Assembly: GCA_964426555.1 (NCBI GenBank)
Contig: CAYRQJ010000001.1
Coordinates: 117,633 to 181,632 of the forward strand
DNA from: an uncultured Candidatus Saccharibacteria bacterium
GTDB taxonomy: Bacteria > Patescibacteriota > Minisyncoccia > Phycocordibacterales > UBA9973
Length of the DNA stretch: 64,000 nt
Direction of reading: 5' to 3'
The notes beneath the pieces are model-generated. The model was given only the letters and a program-made list of their open reading frames with translations. It was not told the DNA's origin and searched no databases. Shown here piece by piece: positions 55,052-64,000 of this stretch. The position numbers and the translations under genes were made by a program. Within the stretch, counting starts at the first letter, position 1, and every line of letters begins with the position of its first letter.

Positions 55052-57178
55052 ATGAAACAAAGTATAAAACTTTTAGGTTTTTCATTATTTGCCTTTGCAA
55101 TGCTGGCTTTTACTAGCACAGCACATGCAGCATTTAACGAAAATATTGCCGGAACAGATTGTTCCGTAGCTGGTATTGCACTGGCTGGGCAACCACTGCA
55201 AAATGGTTGTGCAAATTATCAGGATCAAGTATCTGCAACATACGGACAAGTAATAGATGTTAATCTTTACTACCGTAATACTAGTAGTACCGATGCACAA
55301 AATGCACGCGGGACAATTGCTGTTGTTGGTAGTGCAAATGGTTATTCATTTAGAAACAGTATCACATCCAGTGTGGGTGGAGCTGGTCCAAAAACAGTGT
55401 ATCTTACACTGCCAGCTGATGCTGAAATAGATTTTAATGGTGCAAAAATATATCAACGTCGTCGTGCTAGTCCAATGAATCAAACATTGATGGGGCAAAT
55501 TACAGACGCCGCTAATTTAAATAGTTTTGCATTGGGAAATAACGGAACTGTAGAATCTTATTTAAAATGTCAAACATTTGGTGATTCTTTTTGTTACCAA
55601 GGTTATGTTGTAGCTACTTTTACTGTAGTAAAAACTGCAACTAATCCACAAATTTGTACTGACCCAACTGCATTAAATTACAATGGGGCATTGCCATGTA
55701 GTTACTATACACCTCCACAACAACCAAGATGTTTGGTTCCAGGAGCTATTAACTATGGATCTTACGACCCATGTACTTTTCCTTATGTTCCTCCGGTGCA
55801 ACAATGTGTAATAAATTATTTTAGTGCAAACCCTGCAGTAATAACACAAGGAGCTACTTCTAACTTAACTTGGTCAACAACTAATTGTACTAGTGCACAA
55901 ATATATCCAACATTAAACAGTGTTAGTGTTACAGGTTCTCAATATGTAACACCTGCATCTAGTACTGTGTATACTTTGTACGCAACTGGCCAAAATGGTA
56001 ACCCAACAGCTACTACTGTAGTTACAGTAGGAGCTCCTCCGGTAAAGCCTGTATGTTCTGACAATATCGATAACGATGGTGATGGTAAAATTGATATAAA
56101 CGACCCAGGGTGTTTTGATGGTAATATTTATAACCCAAACAAGCAAAGTGAATACAACGTTGTAATAAATACACAATCTGGACCAAGCGTTAGTACACTG
56201 GCTGCTTCTAGTATTACAAAAGATACTTGTAAAATATCTGGAATTGTTCGTATTAATGACACTGCTTTGACTACTGGATATTTCAAATATGGGACTAGTC
56301 CAAGTAATTTAATTTATACAACAAAACAGGATACTGTAGGCAGTAGTGCTGGGTCTTACCAATTTGCAGATTATATTCAAAGTCTTGCAGCTAATACTAC
56401 TTATTACTATAAAATAGTAGCAACAAATAGTTTTGGTACTAAAGAAGGTGAAGTAAGATCTTGTAAAACAAAAACAAATACAGTAGTCGTAACACAGCCG
56501 GGTGATACTGTTACAAGAACAGTAGTAAGACAAGTAGAAGTAAAACCAATTGTTACAACTGTTGTTCCTCAGGAAAGAATTATTGCAAATTCTGCACCGT
56601 CACTGTTATTCCTAAGAATTGATGACCGTAGAGAAGATTTAACTTGTAGTGATGTTGTGGACTATCAAGTAGTTTACAAAAATGTATCAAATGTAGTATT
56701 GCAAAATGCAGTATTAGAAGTTCAATTACCAACAGGAGTTAACTTTGTTAAAGCCAGTGGTGGTGGTGCATATAGTGAATCTACAAAAACAGTTACATTT
56801 ACTATTGGTACAGTATTGCCTGGGCAAGAAGATGCTAAATTTATTCAAGCAGATGTTGTTTGTGCTGATATTGATTCTAATATGCTTGTAGCTAATGCTA
56901 GTATGGTTTACACAAACCCAATGACAACTGCTCAGGAAGAAGCAATTGCTTATGATATTGATGCATTTTTAGGAGCTACTGCAATAAACGGTAGAACATC
57001 TCTAACTGGTGCTGCAATTTTTGGAGCAGGATTTATGCCTAATTCATTAGTTGGATGGTTAATATTGATACTACTGATTGCTGGTTTAATATATTTGATA
57101 AGAATATTTTTAATGCCAACACCATTAAGACGATCAAAAATTACTACTGATACTCATAGCGAAGAAACACATCACTAA
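55052..57178 (+). CDS. Large surface protein with an FN3/PKD-like region and a C-terminal TM anchor plus basic tail
   Basis: Signal peptide, NTTYYYKIVATNSFG FN3-like motif, C-terminal LVGWLILILLIAGLIYLIRIFLMPTPLRRSK. Confidence 0.55.
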   Translation: MKQSIKLLGFSLFAFAMLAFTSTAHAAFNENIAGTDCSVAGIALAGQPLQNGCANYQDQVSATYGQVIDVNLYYRNTSSTDAQNARGTIAVVGSANGYSFRNSITSSVGGAGPKTVYLTLPADAEIDFNGAKIYQRRRASPMNQTLMGQITDAANLNSFALGNNGTVESYLKCQTFGDSFCYQGYVVATFTVVKTATNPQICTDPTALNYNGALPCSYYTPPQQPRCLVPGAINYGSYDPCTFPYVPPVQQCVINYFSANPAVITQGATSNLTWSTTNCTSAQIYPTLNSVSVTGSQYVTPASSTVYTLYATGQNGNPTATTVVTVGAPPVKPVCSDNIDNDGDGKIDINDPGCFDGNIYNPNKQSEYNVVINTQSGPSVSTLAASSITKDTCKISGIVRINDTALTTGYFKYGTSPSNLIYTTKQDTVGSSAGSYQFADYIQSLAANTTYYYKIVATNSFGTKEGEVRSCKTKTNTVVVTQPGDTVTRTVVRQVEVKPIVTTVVPQERIIANSAPSLLFLRIDDRREDLTCSDVVDYQVVYKNVSNVVLQNAVLEVQLPTGVNFVKASGGGAYSESTKTVTFTIGTVLPGQEDAKFIQADVVCADIDSNMLVANASMVYTNPMTTAQEEAIAYDIDAFLGATAINGRTSLTGAAIFGAGFMPNSLVGWLILILLIAGLIYLIRIFLMPTPLRRSKITTDTHSEETHH

Positions 57179-57227
57179 GCCCTACGTGGCCTACACCCGT
57201 AGGTAAATGTGTAGCCGATACTAAATC

Positions 57228-57258
57228 AAAACCCGCCAAATTCTTGGCGGGTTTTGTT
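57228..57258. terminator. Rho-independent terminator
   Basis: aaaacccgccaaattcttggcgggtttt. Confidence 0.65.
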
Positions 57259-57422
57259 ATTGTGGATAAGTTGCTATGTTTAAAAATTATATCTGTTATT
57301 ATAGCTACTAGTATGTCGATACAGAACAAACATGTAAAAAGATTTTCTATCGAATCTATTATATGTTTTTCGTCCCTCACAATTGTTGTGAGGGATTTTT
57401 TTATTAATTAATTAAATTTATT

Positions 57423-58268
57423 ATGAGAAATAACTATATAGCAACGCCAGATATAAAATTGTTTAACGAAGTCGTGCAAAAAATGCGCAGTTTCTTTTTA
57501 GGAAAAGGTTATGTTGAAGTTCACACTCAAGACCGGTTATCCATACTTGCAGCATGTGAAGACCCTGAAACCGTAGCTACATACAACTATGCTGGAGAAG
57601 TGTGGCCATTACCCCAAACGGGCCAAATGTGGCTAGAATATGAACTATTAACCAAGCCTAAAATTCCAGGTGTTTTTTGTGTCTCTACTAGCTACCGCCA
57701 AGAACCACGCCCAGTGCCAGGAAGACATAATATAGTTTTTCCAATGTTTGAATTTGAATCACACGGGACACTGGATGATTTACGAAAATTAGAAATTGAA
57801 CTTTTGGAATATATGGGCTTTGGAAAAGAAGAAGATTTCAAACATTTTACATATAAAGAATTAGCAAATAAATACGGAGTTATTGAATTAACCAATGAAC
57901 ATGAAATGAAAATGGATACAGAAATTGCGCATAATACTTTTATAGAATATTTTCCGGAAACTACATCTCCATTTTGGAATATGAAAAGGCAAGACTCCGA
58001 AACTGCAAAAAAAATAGATGTAATAATGTACGGAATGGAAACCATTGGTAGTGCGGAAAGAGAAGTGGATAAAGAAATTATGCGTAAAAGATTTGATACT
58101 ATTTCAAACGGGGGTTATGCGCAAAAGCTGTATGATTTGTTTGGGCGTGAGCGAGTAGAAAAAGAATTGAACGAATTTTTAGAACTGGAATTTTTCCCAA
58201 GATTTGGTGGGGGAATAGGCATGACCCGCATAATGCGAGCATATAAGATACTAAATGAAGGCAAGTAG
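57423..58268 (+). CDS. Class II aaRS-like catalytic-core paralog, probably AsnA-type aspartate-ammonia ligase
   Basis: Class II motif 2 YRQEPRPVPGRHNIVFPMFEFE and motif 3 GGGIGMTR. At 281 aa it lacks an anticodon-binding domain. Confidence 0.55.
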   Translation: MRNNYIATPDIKLFNEVVQKMRSFFLGKGYVEVHTQDRLSILAACEDPETVATYNYAGEVWPLPQTGQMWLEYELLTKPKIPGVFCVSTSYRQEPRPVPGRHNIVFPMFEFESHGTLDDLRKLEIELLEYMGFGKEEDFKHFTYKELANKYGVIELTNEHEMKMDTEIAHNTFIEYFPETTSPFWNMKRQDSETAKKIDVIMYGMETIGSAEREVDKEIMRKRFDTISNGGYAQKLYDLFGRERVEKELNEFLELEFFPRFGGGIGMTRIMRAYKILNEGK

Positions 58269-58380
58269 TATTTAAAACTAAGCTCTTCTCAAAATGCACA
58301 CATAATTTTTTGAGAAAAATTTGCTCTGCTCGAAGGATGGACCTTCTGCGCAAGGCATTTTTCAAAGACTTAGTTTTTAA

Positions 58381-58420
58381 AGTCCTCCGCCTGTGAAGGG
58401 GAGGATTTAGGTGGGGTGCG
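58381..58420. repeat. GC-rich repeat, exact 40-mer copy
   Basis: Identical to 51307-51346. A reverse complement lies at 25451-25491. Confidence 0.8.
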
Positions 58421-58469
58421 TTATAGAAGCTAAAGAATTTATTAGTGGGTTTTGTGCTAAAATAGGCTT

Positions 58470-60893
58470 ATGAAACGAATAGTACTACTGGATACTCATG
58501 CCATAATACACCGGGCTTATCATGCCTTGCCGGACTTTCGAGCTAGCGATGGCACGCCTACTGGGGCACTGTACGGCCTGTCTACTATGATTAGTAGTAT
58601 TATTCGTGAACTAAAGCCGGATTATATTTTTTCGTGTTACGACTTGCCAGGTAAGACTTTTCGCCACGAGGCATTTGACGCATACAAAGGTAAAAGACAA
58701 AAAGGTGACGATGATTTGATTACTCAAATTATTTCTTCACGAGATATAATAAATGCATTAAATATTCCTATATATGATGAACCTGGGTTTGAAGCCGATG
58801 ATGTAATTGGTACTATTGCAAAAAAATTTGCCGACAAAAATAAATACGACATTATAATTGCATCAGGGGACATGGACACTCTGCAATTGATAGAAGACAA
58901 ACATGTACGTGTATTTACTTTGAAAAAAGGAATTACCGACACAGTACTGCTGGACGAAGATTATGTAATTGAAAGATTTGGTTTTGAACCAAAATATATT
59001 CCTGATTATAAAGGTTTGCGTGGAGATAATTCTGACAATATTCCTGGGGTTCCTGGTGTTGGAGAAAAAACCGGAATGATACTAATAAGTAAATTTAAAA
59101 CTATTGAAAATTTGTATAAAGTTTTAAAGAAAAATCCAGAACTAGTTAAAGCAGCTGGGGTAACTGACAGAATAATAAATATTTTGAAAGAAAATGAAGA
59201 CGGGGCAGTTTTTTCAAAAATGCTGGGGTCTATTCGTTATGATGCTCCGGTAAAAATTGAGACACCAAAGAAAACTTGGGCAGAATCTTTTGATAAAGAT
59301 AAGGCTGAAAAATGTTTTAAAAAATATGAATTTAAAAATATGTTAAACCGTTTTGACCCTGATTATATAAAGCCAATTCCTGTAAAAGTAGAAAAGAATA
59401 CAGTAAAAACAAAAGAAATAAAAGATGGTGACAGTATTTCAGTTTCAAAAAAACAACCCGATTTATTTGCCGAACCAGTGGATGAAATAAAATTAGAGGA
59501 AGCACGCATAATGCTATTTTTGCTAAATTCCGAAAGAACCAATGTTCCAGTAGAAACAATAATCGACGACATGGGCGCAAATAGTTTTGATGAGGCATAT
59601 AAAGATTTGGAAATAAAAATAAACAAAGAGTCTAAATTAAAATGGCTATACGATAATATGGACCGCCCATTAATACCAATAGTTCAAAAAATGAAGGAGC
59701 GTGGTATGAAAATGGACAGGGGATATTTAAAAGAACTTTCAAAAAATATTCATAAAGAAATTTTAGATTTAGAACGCGAGATTATAAAACTTGCAGGTGA
59801 AGAATTTAATTTAAATTCACCAAAGCAACTTTCTCAAGTTTTATTTGAAAGAATGGGTTTACCAACCAAAGGTTTGAAGAAAAGAAAAGATGGACTATAT
59901 TCTACAGACGTAGATACGCTAAATAAATTTTCTGCAGATTACCCTGTTGTAGCTAAAATGCTGGAATACCGAGAATTGGAAAAATTGCGTTCAACTTATA
60001 TTGATGCGTGGATAGAATTACTAGATGACCAAGACGAACTGCACCCTACATTTATTTTAACCGGGGCAGCTACTGGACGATTTGCTTCACAAAATCCTGG
60101 CGTTCAAAACATTCCAATTCGTGGCGAGCGAGGGCAGCAAATTCGTAAAGCTTTTATTGCGCGACCTGGGTTTACACTTGCTGCGTTTGATTATTCACAA
60201 ATTGAACTACGCGCATTGGCGATACTGTCTCAAGATCCAGTTTTAATAGATGTGTTTAATAACGGGGAAGACATTCATAGTGAAGTAGCTTCCCGTGTTT
60301 ACAATGTACCCGCAAATGAAGTTACTAAAGACATGCGTCGTCATGCAAAAGTAATAAACTTTGGCATATTGTATGGTATGGGGGCAACAGCGCTAGCTAA
60401 AGAAATGGGAGTTAGCCGTACCGAAGCCAAAGCCGTAATAGATACTTATTTTACCCGTTTTCCAAAAATTGCTATGTATATAGACAATGTTTTAACTACT
60501 GCAAAAAAGACCGGCTATACGGAGACATTGTTTGGGCGCAGGCGCTATGTGCCAAATATTAAATCAAATATCCCATTCCTGCGGGCTATGGCAGAAAGAA
60601 TGGCGGGGAATGCCCCCATCCAAGGCACAGCCACAGCAGACATTATTCGTTTGGCATTGGTAAATGTACATAAAATGTTTGAAAAGAATGGTTATACAGG
60701 GAAAGCTTTTACAATACTACAAATTCATGATGAATTGGTTTTTGAAATTAGTGACGATGTTTTAAAAGTTGTATGTGAAGATATCAAAGCCGAAATGGAA
60801 CGCGGAATTGCAAAAGAATTTTTGGTAGGTAAAAAAAGTGTACCAATAATAGTAGATATGCATCTTGGCAAGACATGGGGAGATATGGTATAA
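58470..60893 (+). CDS. polA: DNA polymerase I (5'-3' exonuclease + polymerase; too short for a full proofreading domain)
   Basis: Motif B RRHAKVINFGILYGMG, motif C LQIHDELVFE, and an N-terminal FEN-like domain. Confidence 0.9.
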   Translation: MKRIVLLDTHAIIHRAYHALPDFRASDGTPTGALYGLSTMISSIIRELKPDYIFSCYDLPGKTFRHEAFDAYKGKRQKGDDDLITQIISSRDIINALNIPIYDEPGFEADDVIGTIAKKFADKNKYDIIIASGDMDTLQLIEDKHVRVFTLKKGITDTVLLDEDYVIERFGFEPKYIPDYKGLRGDNSDNIPGVPGVGEKTGMILISKFKTIENLYKVLKKNPELVKAAGVTDRIINILKENEDGAVFSKMLGSIRYDAPVKIETPKKTWAESFDKDKAEKCFKKYEFKNMLNRFDPDYIKPIPVKVEKNTVKTKEIKDGDSISVSKKQPDLFAEPVDEIKLEEARIMLFLLNSERTNVPVETIIDDMGANSFDEAYKDLEIKINKESKLKWLYDNMDRPLIPIVQKMKERGMKMDRGYLKELSKNIHKEILDLEREIIKLAGEEFNLNSPKQLSQVLFERMGLPTKGLKKRKDGLYSTDVDTLNKFSADYPVVAKMLEYRELEKLRSTYIDAWIELLDDQDELHPTFILTGAATGRFASQNPGVQNIPIRGERGQQIRKAFIARPGFTLAAFDYSQIELRALAILSQDPVLIDVFNNGEDIHSEVASRVYNVPANEVTKDMRRHAKVINFGILYGMGATALAKEMGVSRTEAKAVIDTYFTRFPKIAMYIDNVLTTAKKTGYTETLFGRRRYVPNIKSNIPFLRAMAERMAGNAPIQGTATADIIRLALVNVHKMFEKNGYTGKAFTILQIHDELVFEISDDVLKVVCEDIKAEMERGIAKEFLVGKKSVPIIVDMHLGKTWGDMV

Positions 60894-60929
60894 TATACAA
60901 ATATTAGTAAGACTATTAATAAAATATTT

Positions 60930-61418
60930 ATGTCATCTACTCCGCATAATTACGAACAAACTATGGCTGAACCAAAAATGAATATTCAAATACTGCTTTC
61001 TAAATCTTATTCTGTGTATTTTTTTACATTTATCACAGCATTACTTTTTGATATTTTTGTAAAATTTAATTTTAAAAGTAACACTTTTGGGGCTATTGGT
61101 TTAGCACTGATAATTCTTTCAAGTTTGCTTATATATTGGGCACAAACAGTAAATAAAAAACCTGCATATAACATTGATGGAACCAGAGATTTTACATTGG
61201 GACCATATGCGTATTCTCGTAACCCAACTCAAACAGGGCTTTTTATAATGATGGTTGGAGCTAGTTTTGTAATGGGTTCGTTTCTTGTGTTGGCTTCAGC
61301 AATAGCTGCATTAATGTATTCTACATTTGTGATAATACCTCTGGAAGAACGTCGTCATATTAAAAAATACGGAGATGTATATACAAACTATATGAAGCGT
61401 GTTCGCCGAATAATATAA
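60930..61418 (+). CDS. ICMT/PEMT-family membrane methyltransferase
   Basis: RNPTQTG ... EERRHIKKYGDVYTNYMKRVRR C-terminal signature and multiple TM segments. Confidence 0.6.
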   Translation: MSSTPHNYEQTMAEPKMNIQILLSKSYSVYFFTFITALLFDIFVKFNFKSNTFGAIGLALIILSSLLIYWAQTVNKKPAYNIDGTRDFTLGPYAYSRNPTQTGLFIMMVGASFVMGSFLVLASAIAALMYSTFVIIPLEERRHIKKYGDVYTNYMKRVRRII

Positions 61419-61420
61419 AT

Positions 61421-62113
61421 ATGCTTTTTGTAATTTGCGCCAAAGATTATAAAAAATTAGTAGCAGAGGTTAGTAAAAAAACCACTGCTATTTTAAAGAT
61501 AAATGCGGATGCAAATGTAGAAAAATTCTTGGCAGATAATTTAAAAAAAGATGATCTTGTATATAAGGCTGAAGGTAATTCACTGTTTGGCAATATTAGT
61601 GTAAATATAGTAAATGAATATATTACAAAAAATAGAGATGAATTTTTAGAGATTATCCCAAAACTAGCGATTTCAAAAAACTATTTTATTTTTACCGAAG
61701 ACGAAGTAAATAAAGAAACTGAAAAAGAAATATTAAAATACCGTGGTGAATACATGGTAATAAAAAATGACGAAAAAGAAAGAACTAATCCTTTTGCCAT
61801 AACTGATGCATTGCTAGCTAAAGACAAAAAGAAATTATGGTTATTGTATCGACAAGAAATTGACGGTGGCGAAAGCGCCGAAGCCATTTTGGGCCGGTTT
61901 GTATGGGCAATAAAGACGCTAACATTGATACAAAAAAACCCAAACCAAAATGCGCTGGATTTAGGTATATCACCATTTGTGTATACTAAAACTAAATTTG
62001 CTGGTAAAAGCTGGAAAGACGGCGAACCGGAAGAATTTTATACTAAATTACTATTTGGGATTAAAGACGGCGAAGAAATGGAATACCATTTAGAAAAACT
62101 AATACTGAGTTAA
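61421..62113 (+). CDS. Possible DNA polymerase III delta subunit (HolA-like), short form
   Basis: Weak. NPFAITDALLAKDKKKLWLLYRQEIDGGESAEAILGRFVWAIKTL resembles a delta-subunit helical domain. Confidence 0.35.
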   Translation: MLFVICAKDYKKLVAEVSKKTTAILKINADANVEKFLADNLKKDDLVYKAEGNSLFGNISVNIVNEYITKNRDEFLEIIPKLAISKNYFIFTEDEVNKETEKEILKYRGEYMVIKNDEKERTNPFAITDALLAKDKKKLWLLYRQEIDGGESAEAILGRFVWAIKTLTLIQKNPNQNALDLGISPFVYTKTKFAGKSWKDGEPEEFYTKLLFGIKDGEEMEYHLEKLILS

Positions 62114-62114
62114 G

Positions 62115-62148
62115 AAATATGCTAGGCAAGACCTAGCATATTTTTATT
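62115..62148. terminator. Bidirectional rho-independent terminator
   Basis: aaatatgctaggcaagacctagcatattt. Confidence 0.6.
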
Positions 62149-62674
62149 TAAAATCTCTAGTTAGTTCAGCCAGTGCTATGGCTGCGGCGACGGAGACATT
62201 TAGAGATTCTTTTTCTCCGCGCATAGGTATAGCAATAATATGGTCCGAATTTTTAAGTGCACCCTTTGTAACACCAGTTACTTCATTGCCAACTATTAAT
62301 GCAATTTTTAAATCGGTACCAGTATTTTCTTTTTTTAATTTATTTACAATTTCTCGGTAATCTACTGCATTAGCATCTAGCTCTAAGGCTAAAATTAGAA
62401 AATTATCTTCCCTTAATTTTTTTAATAGTGGGGCAAGAGTTAAGCATTTTTCATATTTTATAGTTTTTTCTGCACCCAGTGCAGTTTTGGCTATTTTACT
62501 GTCGGGCTTTTTAAATTTGTCGATGGGGGATGGAGTATAGCCAACAAGGTAAATTGCGTTTATTCCCAGTGCATCGCTGGTACGAAAAAATGACCCTACA
62601 TTTTCACTACTGCGAATATTCTCGGCAATTAGAATAATTGTGTTGATTTTATCTTGTTTTCGTGGTATCTTCAT
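62144..62674 (-). CDS. SpoU/TrmH-family RNA 2'-O-methyltransferase
   Basis: SPOUT motifs LIVGNEVTGV ... IPMRGEKESLNVSVAAAIALAEL. Confidence 0.75.
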   Translation of the reverse strand: MKIPRKQDKINTIILIAENIRSSENVGSFFRTSDALGINAIYLVGYTPSPIDKFKKPDSKIAKTALGAEKTIKYEKCLTLAPLLKKLREDNFLILALELDANAVDYREIVNKLKKENTGTDLKIALIVGNEVTGVTKGALKNSDHIIAIPMRGEKESLNVSVAAAIALAELTRDFK

Positions 62675-62700
62675 ATTTGTAGCTTAGCATAAAAAAATAT

Positions 62701-62773
62701 CCTCTTGTAGCTCAGTCGGTAGAGCAGCTCCCTTTTAAGGAGATGGTCGTAGGTTCGATTCCTACCGAGAGGA
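62701..62773 (+). tRNA. tRNA-Lys (anticodon UUU)
   Basis: Cloverleaf folded by hand. Acceptor CCUCUUG/CGAGAGG, D-arm GCUC-AGUCGGUA-GAGC, anticodon loop CUUUUAA, T-arm GUAGG-UUCGAUU-CCUAC. No encoded CCA. Confidence 0.85.
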
Positions 62774-64000
62774 CAGTAGAAGACTTAGGAGGCAGAAATG
62801 CCTCTTTTATCTTGAATACACTGGCTACTTGAGTGGTTCCAAAAGTATTATCACAGAATGTTATCCCAGATGGAAATTGGAACCATTGTAATTTTACTTT
62901 TGTTTCCATTTTAGTACTTTTCCATATATCACTTGGTTTTTTTAAATATCCTTCTAGATAATCAATCATTTCTTCAAAATTAGAATCAGTATTGGGTCTA
63001 GAAGAGAGAGTCGTGTCTATCTTTAATAATTCTTCTTCAATCATTTCAAGTTGTTTTTGCAAAACATCATCGGAAATAAACCCATCGAGATTTTTCTTTA
63101 TAATTAAAGATTGTTTGTTATTTAATTCTTGGATACGCTTAACCAACCTACCTACCTCCATTCTTTGATCTTGTGTGGCTTTTATTAAGTTTTCTCTTAC
63201 TAACTCTTTTAATTTTTCTATTCTTGAAGCATCAAAACTATACTGGTCCATAAACTTAATAAAATCTTCTTCAAATTTATCTCGATTTAAACTCTTGTTT
63301 TTATTACCAAAACGATAAAAGGGGTATTTTTTACTTCTTTCTTTGGACCAACTACCAGTTATTTTTTCACCATCTTCATTTTCTATAAATCTACGCAAAG
63401 GGAAATCTGGGTTATCGGTTAAATATCCTGAATTCTTCCTACCTCTACTATTTAATATTTTTTGGACCTGATTAAATAAATGATCAGAAATAACTGGAGT
63501 AAAAGTTCCTTTATGTTTTTCACCAAACTTAATAATCCATCCAGTGTAAAGCTCATTTCTAAGTAAATGATAAAAATATGATTTTGATAATGGTTTACCT
63601 ACTTTATTAATAAGGCCCTCTTTTGTCATAATTTTTCTAACATCTTCTATCAAATATATATTTGTAGAAATTAATTCGAAAGTTTTTTGTATTAAAGGAC
63701 CAAATACAGGATTAATTACTATTGTATGTTTACCATCAACTTTAAGATTGTCATATCCAATAGGAGCCATCCAAACATATCTTCCATCTCTCATTGCATC
63801 TCTCATACCCCCCATACTACGTTCAGAACGTACATCATTATCAAATTGTGCTACATTAGCAAACATGTTTTCCATAAAACGACCAGCTGAGTTGTTTCCG
63901 AAATTCTCAGTAGTAGATTTTATTTCTATTTCATATTTTTTTAATAAAAGCCTTATGTAACTATAATCATCAGTATTTCTAGATAGACGATCTAGTTTGT
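62712..64000 (-). CDS. Large serine recombinase (integrase/resolvase family). Partial: the N-terminus lies beyond the right edge.
   Basis: The reading frame stays open upstream of the track start to the window edge and reads ...LDRLSRNTDDYSYIRLL...FANVAQFDNDVRSERSMGG. These are the serine-recombinase LDRLSR and E-helix motifs, followed by a recombinase domain. The 3' end overlaps tRNA-Lys antisense. Confidence 0.7.
   Translation of the reverse strand, partial: KLDRLSRNTDDYSYIRLLLKKYEIEIKSTTENFGNNSAGRFMENMFANVAQFDNDVRSERSMGGMRDAMRDGRYVWMAPIGYDNLKVDGKHTIVINPVFGPLIQKTFELISTNIYLIEDVRKIMTKEGLINKVGKPLSKSYFYHLLRNELYTGWIIKFGEKHKGTFTPVISDHLFNQVQKILNSRGRKNSGYLTDNPDFPLRRFIENEDGEKITGSWSKERSKKYPFYRFGNKNKSLNRDKFEEDFIKFMDQYSFDASRIEKLKELVRENLIKATQDQRMEVGRLVKRIQELNNKQSLIIKKNLDGFISDDVLQKQLEMIEEELLKIDTTLSSRPNTDSNFEEMIDYLEGYLKKPSDIWKSTKMETKVKLQWFQFPSGITFCDNTFGTTQVASVFKIKEAFLPPKSSTVLSVGIEPTTISLKGSCSTD

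Noticed and set aside
57255-57265. Perfect DnaA box TTGTGGATAAG as a second origin
   Set aside because: It is a single isolated box with no AT-rich unwinding element or box cluster. It is likely a chance occurrence or a regulatory site.
62712-62773. Treating the recombinase C-terminal 20 codons as genuine coding sequence
   Set aside because: They are the antisense of tRNA-Lys. The real stop may lie there by chance, but the overlap more likely reflects the att/tRNA junction. The functional domain assignment is unaffected.
1-64000. CRISPR arrays, rRNA genes, restriction-modification or toxin-antitoxin pairs
   Set aside because: No arrays of regularly spaced direct repeats, no rRNA-like conserved segments, and no methyltransferase/endonuclease or small adjacent TA-like ORF pairs were recognised.

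Overview
AT-rich bacterial chromosome segment (GC roughly one third, judged by eye). Gene content suggests a reduced-genome, monoderm-like organism of the CPR/Patescibacteria type: a 248-aa YidC, ComEC split into two genes, an 807-aa PolA, and many small secreted Thr/Asn/Gly/Cys-rich proteins. The window holds the replication origin (rpmH-rnpA-yidD-yidC-jag divergent from dnaA-dnaN, with DnaA-box clusters), a type IV pilus operon (pilB-pilC, three prepilins, a PilX-like giant), glycolytic genes tpiA-pgk, recJ, rnhA, sodA, PBP1A, tyrS, tsaE, ruvC, ruvB, polA and argS. A T4SS-like locus spans 26.4-39.4 kb. It has a VirB6-like giant protein, a VirB3-like protein, VirB4 present as two ORFs, and two paralogous VirB2-like/peptidoglycan-hydrolase fusion proteins that share a 327-bp identical repeat. 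A second GspE/PilB ATPase is flanked by two DUF559 genes and GC-rich hairpin repeats. At the right edge tRNA-Lys(UUU) is overlapped by a large serine recombinase gene that runs off the window. The most unusual signal is a family of four short (67-120 bp) MITE-like insertions. They have 12-bp terminal inverted repeats CCCGTTAGAAGC/GCTTCTAACGGG and 6-bp direct flanking repeats (ATGGAT type). They sit at start codons or on a promoter -35 box, and one splits virB4 while supplying the TAG stop and abutting the restart ATG. A second GC-rich palindromic repeat family is also present and includes three identical 40-mers. A few coordinates (notably the tyrS start) are taken from the ORF-track frame rather than my own base counting.
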